In this document: positions 42,583 through 51,907 of the stretch, in pieces
How the letters are laid out: every line of letters begins with the position of its first letter
How positions within the stretch are numbered: position 1 is the stretch's first letter
Origin: Candidatus Wallbacteria bacterium
Lineage (GTDB): Bacteria > Muiribacteriota > UBA6191 > JACPRK01
NCBI GenBank assembly: GCA_016213845.1
Contig: JACQZN010000082.1
Coordinates: forward strand, 32,431-96,430
Direction: 5' to 3'
Length of the DNA stretch: 64,000 nucleotides
Program-made: the position numbers and the translations under genes
The notes under the pieces: generated by a model
Told to the model about the DNA's origin: nothing
Seen by the model: only the letters and a program-made list of their open reading frames with translations
Database searches by the model: none

Positions 42583-45351
42583 CTACCGCCAGGTCTCCGC
42601 GGCGGGATCGAAGACTCCCACCTCGAGCTGCTCCTGTCCCCGCCGCAGAACTGCCTTGCGTCCCTCGGTCACCAGCGTCGGCCGCCCCGAGGGGTCCAGG
42701 ATCTCCACTCGGCCGAAGGCTACGAGAATCGTGGTGGTTCCTGATTGATTTTCGACCGCGTAGAGCCCCCGCCAGCCACGAACCTTGGCACGGCCAAGCA
42801 AGAGGGTGACCTTTGGGCGTCCCCACTTCAGGTCGAAGACGACGCGGCCCTCGAGCCCGGAGAGCCGAACGCTGATGGAGTCCGGTTCCTCCGCGGCGGT
42901 CCGGAGCTCCTCGAGCTCGAAACCGCCGGCTGCGGGCAGGCCGATGACGTTGCCTTCCGGCCCCAGTCCGAGCCAGACGGCGCTGCCCGGATCGACCGAG
43001 AGGGACTGGCCTGCGGGGAGTTTGCGTTCGGGCGTCAGAGGCTGATCCGGGGGGCCGCCCTTGATGCGGAAGGTGCCTCGCATCGAGACGACTTTCAGCG
43101 CCATGGGGAGCCCAGTGGTCTCGACCGCGGCGGGGGCGTCCGGAGCGAGTGGCTCTAGTGAGTCCGAAGGTTTGCGTCCGAAGAAGAGGAAGAAGCAGAG
43201 CAGCCCGACGGCAATGCCTCCCGCAGCGGCGAGGAGGTGGCGCGAGCGTTTTCCGGGCGCGGCCATCTCGAGGCCTTCCAGTGCGGCCATTTCTCGCGTG
43301 GGCTTCGAGCGCGCGCGGCGGCCTGCCGCCGCCGGCCTGCGGCGGGATTCTTCGACCTGCGCCAGGACCTTCGCCGCGGACTCGCCGCCCAGGTCGTCGG
43401 CCTTCCAGCTCGATCGCGAGAGAACCACGGCATGCTCGTCGACGGCGGCAGGCTCGGCGGGCGGCGGCACCGTCAAACCCAGCTCGCGCCTCGAGAAGTC
43501 GAGGTACGCGGAGGTCTTGAGGTTTGCGCGGAGACGCTCCGCCAGGGGCGCCAGGCGAGGCGTATCGAGCAGTCGCTGGGAGATGAGCGCCATCTCTTCG
43601 AGCGCGTCGGCGGCGTAGACTTCGATGCCGGGGGAGGCCGCGAGATCTCTGGCGAGGGTCGGTACGCCGCCCGGATCTCCCCAGGTCCAGAGCGTCCGGG
43701 CCGCAGCCGCGCGGACGGCGGGTCGATCGTCGGAGAGCAGATGCTGGAGAGGCTCGGGGTCCGGTGACTGGGCGAACGTGAAGGCGAGGGCGTCGAGGGC
43801 TCCCAAGAGCGCGTCCGGGCCGGTGTCGGATCGTGAGAGCAGCTCGGAGACGTAGGCTCTGCAAGCTCGGGCCGTGAACCGCCCGAGTGCGCGGTGAGTG
43901 ATGCGCGCTGCCGGGCCGGGTGGCGCGCGCCGGGCTGCGGCAAGGGCCGCGGCCGCTGCCTCGGAGCTCTCCTGGGTCTCGGGCGAGGCGAGGATGCGGA
44001 CCGCATCCGAGACGATCGTGGGGTCTTCGTGCTCCACGAGGGCGAGCAGCAGCCGGGTGACCTCCGGGGTCTTCTCGTAGCAAGCCAGGGCCCGCGTGGC
44101 CTGGAGGCGCACGGCCTTGGCTGCGTCGGTGCGGATCAGGTGCTCCAGCACCTGCAGAGAGGACTTGCCGGGGTAGTAGCCCAGGCAATACGAGGCGGCG
44201 ATTCGTTCGTCCTCGTCGCCGTCGACGATCAGGTCGCGGATGGCGCGTCCGGCGCGGTGGTCGTCTGCGCCGATCAATCCCAGGATGGCCTGGGTGACGA
44301 CCTCCAGGCTATCGGACTTCAGGAGCGGGGCCAGCGTGCGCGCCCGGACGTCGGCCGGGAGATCGAGCTGGGCCAGGGCCGACACGGCCTGGGCGCGCAC
44401 CACCGAGGAGCCGGTCGCTCCCAGCTCCGACAGGCAGAGCTCGGCGGCCTGCGGGGTGCCGGCGGCAACCAGCGATCTGAGTGCGGCGGCGCGGACCAGC
44501 GGGTGGGTGTGGGCGCGGAGAGCGCGCGTTGCACAGTCGAATGCCAGCTCGGGGCGCGAGAGCCGTGCCGCCGACTCGAGGGCGTGGAGCGCGGCCCAGC
44601 CGCCGGCCTCCGAGAGCTGCGCGAGCGGCGCCGAAACGTCGAGCTTGCCGAAGCGGTCGAGGCAAGCGGCTGCCAGCCACTGGACGGTGGGGGAGCGGTG
44701 GTTCGCAGCGGCGCGGAGCAGGGCGAGCGACTCTTCGCAGGGCGCGTATCTGAGCGAAAGGATGAAATGAGGCTGTTCGCCCCCGGCCCACAGGCGCTCG
44801 ACGCGGCGGGCGAAGGCGGCCGGGTCGGCCAGCCCCGTGCAGCTGGAGAGGATCAGGGCTGCGTAGGGTGCGTCGTTGGGTTGCTCGAGGTGCGCTTCCA
44901 GGTGGCCGATGGCTGCCGAGTGGCGAAGGCGGCCCAGCGCTGCGAGGATGCGGCGGCGGCCTGAGCCGGAGGCGTCGCAGGAAGCGGCGACGGCCGGGGC
45001 GACGCAGGGCTCGAGCAAGTGCGAAGCGCTCCGTGAGACGGCCTCTCGCCCCTGGGCGGCGGCCGAATCGGGGGCTGCGGGCTTGGTCCGCGTCTTCACC
45101 AGGTGCGAGCGGACCGGGCCAGGTTCAGGCGCGTATCGCGCGCGTGCCTGCCGCGGCAACAGGTCCGTGAGCGCGCAGAAGAAGTGGTCGGGCAAGGTGC
45201 CCGCAGTCTGGAGCGCCGCCTGGCGAACGGTTTCCACGAGCTCTTCGCCGTCGAAGTGGAGCCGAACGCGCTCGAGGCGCCGAGCGACGAACGCTCGCCA
45301 GGCAGGGTCGGTTTGCGCGAGCCCCTCGAGAAGCTTGTCCTGCTGGCGCAC
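42583..45351 (-). CDS. HEAT-repeat protein with TM helix and C-terminal FecR-like beta domain
   Basis: Repeated VRAAALRSL / VRAQAVSAL / VRLQATRAL / VRAAAARTL; TM GGIAVGLLCFFLFF; VRGWRGLYAV..TTILVAFGRVEI. Confidence 0.75.
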   Translation of the reverse strand: MRQQDKLLEGLAQTDPAWRAFVARRLERVRLHFDGEELVETVRQAALQTAGTLPDHFFCALTDLLPRQARARYAPEPGPVRSHLVKTRTKPAAPDSAAAQGREAVSRSASHLLEPCVAPAVAASCDASGSGRRRILAALGRLRHSAAIGHLEAHLEQPNDAPYAALILSSCTGLADPAAFARRVERLWAGGEQPHFILSLRYAPCEESLALLRAAANHRSPTVQWLAAACLDRFGKLDVSAPLAQLSEAGGWAALHALESAARLSRPELAFDCATRALRAHTHPLVRAAALRSLVAAGTPQAAELCLSELGATGSSVVRAQAVSALAQLDLPADVRARTLAPLLKSDSLEVVTQAILGLIGADDHRAGRAIRDLIVDGDEDERIAASYCLGYYPGKSSLQVLEHLIRTDAAKAVRLQATRALACYEKTPEVTRLLLALVEHEDPTIVSDAVRILASPETQESSEAAAAALAAARRAPPGPAARITHRALGRFTARACRAYVSELLSRSDTGPDALLGALDALAFTFAQSPDPEPLQHLLSDDRPAVRAAAARTLWTWGDPGGVPTLARDLAASPGIEVYAADALEEMALISQRLLDTPRLAPLAERLRANLKTSAYLDFSRRELGLTVPPPAEPAAVDEHAVVLSRSSWKADDLGGESAAKVLAQVEESRRRPAAAGRRARSKPTREMAALEGLEMAAPGKRSRHLLAAAGGIAVGLLCFFLFFGRKPSDSLEPLAPDAPAAVETTGLPMALKVVSMRGTFRIKGGPPDQPLTPERKLPAGQSLSVDPGSAVWLGLGPEGNVIGLPAAGGFELEELRTAAEEPDSISVRLSGLEGRVVFDLKWGRPKVTLLLGRAKVRGWRGLYAVENQSGTTTILVAFGRVEILDPSGRPTLVTEGRKAVLRRGQEQLEVGVFDPAAETWR

Positions 45352-45390
45352 GACCGGCTGTATAGCACACCGACCCAGGCGGTGAGCCGG

Positions 45391-45495
45391 TCAGCGCGCG
45401 GCGGAAGCATCGGTGGCGTCTACCTGTACCGGGTTTTCGAAAAACCCGGTACAGGTAGACGCCACGGGATTTCGGGATTTCTCAGCGCGCGGCGG
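45391..45495. repeat. Perfect 25-bp palindrome (45413-45465) between 14-bp direct repeats; MITE/REP-like insertion
   Basis: GTGGCGTCTACCTGTACCGGGTTTT-CGA-AAAACCCGGTACAGGTAGACGCCAC; TCAGCGCGCGGCGG at 45391-45404 and 45482-45495. Confidence 0.85.
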
Positions 45496-46510
45496 GCGGG
45501 ACGTCGGCGAAGCGCAGGATGCCCAGGAGGTTGACCACGGCGAGGCGGTCGCCAGCGCCGGACCACTCGATGCGGCCGATTGGCTCGTTGGGTCCGGGAA
45601 GTGTTGCCAGGATTCGGCGGGCCGGCACGTCCCAGATCTGGACGGTCCCGTCCACGCCGCCCGCGGCCAGCCGGTCATCGCCTCTCCAGCTCACGGCCGA
45701 GACCCGGTCCGCGTGGCCCGTCAGGCGGCCAGCCTCGCGGCCGTCGGGCATCCCGTAGAGAAGGGTGGTCTGGTATGCCGCCGCCGCCAGCATCTTGCCG
45801 GAGGCCGAGAACTCCAGGTCCTCGCAGGACCAGTTCATGCACGGCAGGCGGGCCTTCAGCTTGCCGCTGCTGGCGTCCCAGAGCGCTATGCCCAGGTTGA
45901 CCGCGTTGGTGTGGTGAGTGGCTATCGTGTCCAGGCCGGGCGAGAGCGCGCTGGCCGTGTAGAGGTCGGGAATCTCGCGCCGGGCCTTCGGTGCCTGGGG
46001 CTGACTCGGCGCCCAGAACTGCGCATCGTGTCCGAGGGCGAGGATCTGGCTCCCGTCGCCCGAGAACCGCAAGGAGACAGCGAACTCGGGCGTGGCCCCG
46101 AGATCTCGAGCGGCGGCTTCTGAGCCGAGCGAGTAGAGCCGGAGCCGGTCGGCGCTGGCTGCCAGCCACTTGCCGTCGCTCGACAGGGCCAGCGCTCGTA
46201 CGGCCCCTCCGAGCGTGTCCAGCTTCCGGCGGGTCGCCTGCGAGGGGACCTCCAGCAGTTCAACCGTCCCGTCCTTTCGCCCCACCACCAGCTCGCTACC
46301 GGCCGGCACGAACGTAATAGCAGATATCGGGCTCTCTCGCTTCATCGGTTGCGCGCCCGGCACGGCTGCCGGGGCCACCAGCGGCGATCTGAACGCGCCG
46401 CCGTGCACTCCCCAGGCGACGAAACCCACGACAATGGCGATCGGCACCAGCGGGTGGACCGGCCTGCTCAAGATGTCCTTGCCCCCCGAGTTTCCCCTCT
46501 CCTCGCTCAC
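45482..46510 (-). CDS. Membrane-anchored WD40-repeat protein
   Basis: N-terminal TM; LTGHADRVSAVSW..LAAGGVDGTVQIWD and related blades. Confidence 0.85.
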   Translation of the reverse strand: MSEERGNSGGKDILSRPVHPLVPIAIVVGFVAWGVHGGAFRSPLVAPAAVPGAQPMKRESPISAITFVPAGSELVVGRKDGTVELLEVPSQATRRKLDTLGGAVRALALSSDGKWLAASADRLRLYSLGSEAAARDLGATPEFAVSLRFSGDGSQILALGHDAQFWAPSQPQAPKARREIPDLYTASALSPGLDTIATHHTNAVNLGIALWDASSGKLKARLPCMNWSCEDLEFSASGKMLAAAAYQTTLLYGMPDGREAGRLTGHADRVSAVSWRGDDRLAAGGVDGTVQIWDVPARRILATLPGPNEPIGRIEWSGAGDRLAVVNLLGILRFADVPPAAR

Positions 46511-46551
46511 GGGGGGAAGGTTACCGCATTTGCCAGGCCATGCTCAACAGG

Positions 46552-46698
46552 GAGGAGTGAGGCTCGAGGCTCGAGGCTTGAGGAGTGAGGAGTGAGGCTC
46601 GAGGCTCGAGGCTTGAGGAGTGAGGCACGAGGCTTGAGGAGTGAGGCACGAGGCTTGAGGAGTGAGGCACGAGGCTTGAGGAGTGAGGCACGAGGCTT
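46552..46698. repeat. 21 tandem heptamers GAGGNNY with a higher-order 21-nt period
   Basis: GAGGAGT, GAGGCTC, GAGGCAC and GAGGCTT units; the last 12 form four exact 21-mers. Confidence 0.92.
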
Positions 46699-46879
46699 GA
46701 GGGGGAAGATGGAAGGTAGAAGGTAGGCTCGGGATGGGGCAGGGGCCTCCATCGACCGGGTCAGGGTGAGCGCGACAGTGAAAGGCGGGTCCAGGTGGGC
46801 CATCGGAGCCTGCGGCGCCCTCCTTCTGATCACTGTCCAGTGTCTACGCCCCCTCCTTCCATCTTCCATCTTCCACCTT

Positions 46880-48184
46880 CTATCTTCGTCCCCCCTGCAG
46901 CCCCCACCCGAGCGCGTCGATGAGGATATCCGTTCCCTCCAGGCCCACCGATAGTCGCACCAGCTCGTCGGTGATTCCGCGGGAAAGCCGATCGGCCTGG
47001 GGGACGCCAGCGTGGGTCATCGAGGCGGGGTGCTCGATGTAGCTCACGGCACTGCCCAGGCTCACGGCAAGCTCCATGGGGGTGTCCTTGCGGGCGAAGA
47101 AGTTCATCAGGCGCCGGGCCGGCTTCATGCCGCCTCGCAGCTCGAAGGAGATCATCGCGCCACCCAGCCGCATCTGGCGCGCGGCCAGCGCGTGCTGCGG
47201 GTGCGAGGCCAGGCCCGGATAGTGGACCCGCTGCACCCGCGGATGCGCCTCCAGAAAGCGCGCGATCTCGAGCGCCGAGCGGCAGCTGGCTTCCATCCGG
47301 TGCCCCAGGTCCTGGACGCAGAGAGCATTGAGCCACGAGTCGAACGGGCTGGGCGTCGGACCGAAGTCCTTGTAGATGGGAAAGACGTGGTCCTGCATGA
47401 ACGAGAACGGCCCGAGCGCGCAGCCGGCGATCGACGCCGAGTGGCCGTTGACGTACTTCGTCAGGCTGTGCACCACGATGTCCGCTCCCAGGCGGAACGG
47501 CTGCTGCAAGTAGGGGCTGGCGAACGTGTTGTCGACGACCAGCGGCACGCGCCGCGCTTCGGCCGCCGCGGCGACCGCTGCCAGATCCGAGATCGCCAGA
47601 GTCGGATTGTCCGGCGACTCCAGATAGACGGCGACGACCCGAGGATTGGCCTCGAGGCACCGCTCCACTTCGGCGGCCTTGGTCACGTCGACCCAGTGCA
47701 CCTTCACGCCGAACCGCGCCTCCAGCGTGCGCAACAGGCTGTCGGTGCAGCCGTAGACGTTGCCCGCGATCAGCTCGTCTCCGGTCCGCACCAGCGCCAT
47801 CAGGACCGAGCTGATCGCCGCCATGCCGCTCGCGCACGCCAGCACGCCGATCGTGGGCGTCCGTTCGTCGGCGGCCAGCGCGTTGTCGATGATGTGCTGG
47901 CACTCCAGCTGGAACAGCACCCGCTCCAGGTGTTCCGTCGTCGGGTTCCCGAGCCGGGTGTAGATGCGCGCGAACGGCTTCTCGCCGCTCTTCGACACGC
48001 CCAGGAACCGCGCAGCGCCGTCGTCCACGCTGTGGAACGGGAACGTCGACGTCTGGTGGATGGCCGGCAGCCCCTTTCCGGCCGCCAGCGCGTGAAACCT
48101 CCCTGCCGCCAGCTGCAGTTCTGCCGCGGTGGCGTACTTCCGCTTTCTCTCGAGCCAGGCGTCGTACCAGGCATGGTGTGACAA
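46880..48184 (-). CDS. megL: PLP-dependent trans-sulfuration enzyme, probably methionine gamma-lyase
   Basis: IHQTSTF, YTRLGNPT, SGMAAI, YGCT (MGL-type Cys), VDNTF, HSLTKY and HPASMTH; TTG 48184 follows a GAGGAGG SD. Confidence 0.8.
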   Translation of the reverse strand: MSHHAWYDAWLERKRKYATAAELQLAAGRFHALAAGKGLPAIHQTSTFPFHSVDDGAARFLGVSKSGEKPFARIYTRLGNPTTEHLERVLFQLECQHIIDNALAADERTPTIGVLACASGMAAISSVLMALVRTGDELIAGNVYGCTDSLLRTLEARFGVKVHWVDVTKAAEVERCLEANPRVVAVYLESPDNPTLAISDLAAVAAAAEARRVPLVVDNTFASPYLQQPFRLGADIVVHSLTKYVNGHSASIAGCALGPFSFMQDHVFPIYKDFGPTPSPFDSWLNALCVQDLGHRMEASCRSALEIARFLEAHPRVQRVHYPGLASHPQHALAARQMRLGGAMISFELRGGMKPARRLMNFFARKDTPMELAVSLGSAVSYIEHPASMTHAGVPQADRLSRGITDELVRLSVGLEGTDILIDALGWGLQGGRR

Positions 48185-48314
48185 GGCGTCCCTCCTCGTT
48201 CGAGCCGCGATTGCCGCAAGTCCGCTGCCAGCGACGCCCGGCCCCTTTCCCGCGCGGGCCTGATACCCTCTTTCCGGGGCGTCCGCGACCGCCACGCCCT
48301 CCAAGACTCCGGCC

Positions 48315-51134
48315 GTGAACTCCGCCAGAACCGCCCAGCTCTCCTCGTATCCAGCCGGTGCCTCGCGCGCCCCGGCCAAGTCCGGCGGCCACGTCGTAAT
48401 GCTCGGCCTCCTCGCCATGGCCGTGCTGGCCGGCTGTTCCTCCGAGGGAACCGGGTCCGCCGAGGAGCTGCTCCGCGCCGGGCCCGCCAAGATCGCCTCC
48501 ACGGTCGAGGCCTCCTGCGTCCTGGTACCCCGCTCCGAGAAGTGGGTCGCGGCCGCCTTTCCCGCCGTCATCGAGTGGCTGGCCCCCGAGGGAAGCCTGG
48601 TGAAGAGGGGCGAGCCGGTCTTTCGCCTGGACGCATCCGAAAACCGCCGTCTTCTTGCCGAGAAGCAGCGCGAACGGGAGCTGGCCGTGCTCGATCGCCA
48701 GGTGAAGGATCTGGAGCTCGACCAGGAGGAGTACGGCCTGAAGAACCGGCTCGAGTTCGGGCGCGGAGATCTGTCCGTGCTCGAGATCCAGCACGATCAG
48801 CTCGTGCACGGCGCCGACGCCGCCGAGCTGGTCCGCCTGGAGCTGGCCCGCGCCAACTCCGGCCGAGCGCTCGCGAACCTCCTGGCCGCGCGGCGCGAGA
48901 AGCAGCCGTTTGCGGTGAAGGGGTTCGTCTCAGCCGACGAGATGGCCACGCTGGCTGTCGACATCGCCCGGGAGGAGCTCGCCGGCCGAGTGCTCGAGCT
49001 GGAGGACCGGATGGCGCGCCGGGGCGGCAAGCCCGAGGAGATCGTCGCCGCGGCCCGAGAAGTAGCGCTCTCGAAGAGCGCCCTCGAGCTGGTGCGCGTG
49101 CGAGTCGAGACGTTTCAGGGGCGCCGTCGCGAGAACGCCGAGGAGCTGGTCACGAAGCTGGCCGGGCTCGATGCGGAGATCGCGCACCGCAAGGGGCTCC
49201 TGGCCCAGGCCGTGGCCACGGCTCCGCTCGACGGCGTGCTGGTCTACGGCGAGACTCACCTGGGCGGTGCCCGCGAGGAGAAGGTCCGGGCCGGCGCCCG
49301 CACGCACCAGGGCCGGCCGGTCGTGCAGGTTGCCCAGCCGGGCGAGCTCGATCTGGAGCTGGTGCTGGCCCATCGGGACGCGCTGACCGTGCGCCCGGGG
49401 CAGCCGGTCACCTTCGAGCTGGCCGCCTACCCGGGCAAGCGCTACTCCGCGCGCATCGTCAAGCTTCGCCAGGCGCTCTCGGGCACGCAGACGGAACGCT
49501 GGATCTTCCCCGTCGTGCCGGCGCTGAATGCCACGGCGCAGGTGCTCGAGCGCGACCCGCTCTTGCGGCTGGGGATGACGTGCCGCTCGAGAATCGCGTT
49601 GGAGCCTCGCGACGTCGCGCTCGCGATCCCGGCCGCGGCGGTGAGCGGCGGGCGCGTGCAGCTGGCAGGCGGCCAGTGGCGCGCGATCGAGACCGGCATC
49701 CAGGACCTGGACCGGATCGAGGTGTTGCGCGGCCTGGCTGGCGGGGAGCTGCTGCGGCCTCAGCAAGCAGTGGGCGGCGCGCAGGTCACGGCTCCCAGGC
49801 GCGTTCGGGTTCGCCGCGGACGGCTGAGGGTCACGAGCGACGCCAGCGGCCAGCTCGAGGCGGTCACGGTGCGGGACGTGATCGTGCGGGAGCTCGACGG
49901 GCAGGCGAAGGTGCTTTGGGTGGCTCGGGACGGGGCGGCTGTGAAGCGGGGCGAGGTCATCGCGCGGCTTGAGGAACAGGCGTTTCGGGATGCGCTCGCC
50001 GAGAAGAAGCTGGAGCTAGAGACGACCGAAAAGGAGCGCGCCGTGCAGCTCGCCGGCGCGAGGGCGCAGGCCGAGAAGCTCGGGGCCGAGCTGGCCGTGG
50101 CGCGCCAGGACCTGGAGCTGGCCACGCTCGAGCACGCGCTGACCGAGCGCGGCAAGTCGCCTCGCGAGCGAGCCGATCTCGAGCACGACCTTTCCCTGGC
50201 AACGCTCGACCTGGAGGCCGCGCAGTCGCGCCTGCAGGTCACGCTAGAGCTTGCGGCCAAGGGGCATGCGGCGGCCTCCGAAGTGAAGGAGTTGACGGCC
50301 AAGCGGGACGTGGCGGCCGCGGCCCGGGGGCTGGCGCAGGTGAAGGTCGAACTTGCCCGAGCGGGAGCGACGAGGGCCGAGCGCAAGAAGGCCGCTCTCC
50401 GGGTAGATAAGGCCCGCTTGAGCGTAGAGCTGGCGCGCCAGAAGCAGGAGACCGAGGCAAAGACTTCGCGGCTGGCGCTCTCGCGGATCGACCTGAAGCT
50501 CGCAGGACTGAAGCGAGAGGTGGACCGGCGCGCGTCGATGATGGCCAGCGCCACGGTCACGGCCCCGGCCAGTGGGACGGTCGTGCTGCTGGAGCACTGG
50601 GGCAGCTCCGGTCTGCAGAAGACGACGATCGGGGATTCGATCTCGGAGGGCGTGCCGTTCTTGCAGGTGGCCGATCTCTCGGAGTTCCGGGTCGTGGCGA
50701 CCGTGTCCGAGGGGGCGATAGCCGGCGTGAGGCCCGGGCTGGTAGCGCAGTTCTGGCACGTGCAGTCGCCCGGGCAGCGCTACGACGCCCGGGTGGAGCG
50801 GGTGGCGCCAATCGCGACGGAGCGGCGGCGGTTCTTCGGCTTCTTCTCAGGCGACCGGGTGTTCGAGGTGACGCTCTCGACCCGCGCGGCGAGCCTGAAG
50901 TTCCAGCCCGGAATGACCGTGGCCTGCGAGATCGAGACCGACGTCCTCGATGCGGCGCTGCTTGTGCCGTCCGAGGCGGTCTTCGCCGGCCCGGAGGGCA
51001 GCTTCGTGCGGCTGGCGGGAGGCGTCATCAGGCCGGTCACGGTGGTGGCTGTCGGGAAGGGCGAGGCCGCCGTGAAGGGTGAGCTCTCGGAGGGCACGGA
51101 GCTGGAGGCGCCGGCGCCGGAGGATGGCGCGTGA
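48315..51134 (+). CDS. Lipoprotein with two tandem HlyD/MacA-type membrane-fusion modules
   Basis: LAG-C lipobox; two sets of EG..VKRGE...L, coiled coil, AP.DG / AP.SG and (P/L)GMT motifs. Confidence 0.82.
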   Translation: MNSARTAQLSSYPAGASRAPAKSGGHVVMLGLLAMAVLAGCSSEGTGSAEELLRAGPAKIASTVEASCVLVPRSEKWVAAAFPAVIEWLAPEGSLVKRGEPVFRLDASENRRLLAEKQRERELAVLDRQVKDLELDQEEYGLKNRLEFGRGDLSVLEIQHDQLVHGADAAELVRLELARANSGRALANLLAARREKQPFAVKGFVSADEMATLAVDIAREELAGRVLELEDRMARRGGKPEEIVAAAREVALSKSALELVRVRVETFQGRRRENAEELVTKLAGLDAEIAHRKGLLAQAVATAPLDGVLVYGETHLGGAREEKVRAGARTHQGRPVVQVAQPGELDLELVLAHRDALTVRPGQPVTFELAAYPGKRYSARIVKLRQALSGTQTERWIFPVVPALNATAQVLERDPLLRLGMTCRSRIALEPRDVALAIPAAAVSGGRVQLAGGQWRAIETGIQDLDRIEVLRGLAGGELLRPQQAVGGAQVTAPRRVRVRRGRLRVTSDASGQLEAVTVRDVIVRELDGQAKVLWVARDGAAVKRGEVIARLEEQAFRDALAEKKLELETTEKERAVQLAGARAQAEKLGAELAVARQDLELATLEHALTERGKSPRERADLEHDLSLATLDLEAAQSRLQVTLELAAKGHAAASEVKELTAKRDVAAAARGLAQVKVELARAGATRAERKKAALRVDKARLSVELARQKQETEAKTSRLALSRIDLKLAGLKREVDRRASMMASATVTAPASGTVVLLEHWGSSGLQKTTIGDSISEGVPFLQVADLSEFRVVATVSEGAIAGVRPGLVAQFWHVQSPGQRYDARVERVAPIATERRRFFGFFSGDRVFEVTLSTRAASLKFQPGMTVACEIETDVLDAALLVPSEAVFAGPEGSFVRLAGGVIRPVTVVAVGKGEAAVKGELSEGTELEAPAPEDGA

Positions 51135-51907
51135 GCCGGGCGCCGGCCGTGCGGGCGCGGGAGCTGGTACGCAGCTTCGAGCAGGCGGGGGGCACCCTGC
51201 GGGCGCTTGCGGGCGTGTCGCTGACCGTGGAAGCCGGCGAGTTCGTGAGCATCATGGGGCCCTCCGGCTCCGGCAAGTCGACGTTGCTCTACTGCCTGGG
51301 GTGTCTCGATCGGCCGACCGCCGGGACGATCGAGCTCGGCGGAGAGGCGGTGGAAGCGCTCGACGACCGGTCGCTCTCGGCGCTGCGAAACCGGCGGATC
51401 GGGTTCGTGTTCCAGTCGTTCAACCTGCTGCCCACGTCGACGCTGGCCGACAACGTGGGGCTTCCGATGGTCTACGCGGGACTCTCGCGCGCGCTGCGAA
51501 GGGAGCGCGCAGCGCTGCTGCTGGAGGCGGTGGGGCTGGGAAAGCGGCTCGACGACTATCCGACGCAGCTTTCGGGCGGTCAGGCCCAGCGCGTGGCGAT
51601 CGCGCGGGCGCTGGCCAACGGCCCGGCGGTGCTCCTGGCCGATGAGCCGACGGGCAACCTGGACAGCCACACGGGCCGCGAGGTGATGCGGCTCTTCGGC
51701 GAGTTGAACCGGCTGGGGCTGACGATCCTGATGGTGACGCACGATCCGCAGATCGCGCGGCACTCCAGGCGAATCGTCCGGGTGATGGACGGGGCGATCC
51801 TCGAGGACGTGCCGGTGCTGGACCCGATCCGGGAAGAGGGCTCGGAGGAGTCGAAGCGTCTTCGGGAGCTCGTGAGTCACTTCGGGTCCGGAGGGCCGGC
51901 CGCATGA
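51131..51907 (+). CDS. MacB/LolD-type ABC ATP-binding protein
   Basis: GPSGSGKST, LSGGQAQRVAIARAL, LADEPTGNLD and VTHD. Confidence 0.95.
   Translation: MSRAPAVRARELVRSFEQAGGTLRALAGVSLTVEAGEFVSIMGPSGSGKSTLLYCLGCLDRPTAGTIELGGEAVEALDDRSLSALRNRRIGFVFQSFNLLPTSTLADNVGLPMVYAGLSRALRRERAALLLEAVGLGKRLDDYPTQLSGGQAQRVAIARALANGPAVLLADEPTGNLDSHTGREVMRLFGELNRLGLTILMVTHDPQIARHSRRIVRVMDGAILEDVPVLDPIREEGSEESKRLRELVSHFGSGGPAA

Noticed and set aside
46552..46698. Possible CRISPR array or coding repeat (ORF 46507-46869, KPRASLL repeats)
   Set aside because: Pure heptamer tandem array with no spacers; the ORF is a by-product of the 21-nt period.
48185..48571. N-terminal extensions in the ORF track for megL and others (7510-9210, 25139, 30846, 32399, 40054, 41004)
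   Set aside because: They overlap neighbouring genes; internal starts with an SD, a -10 box or stop-start coupling fit better.
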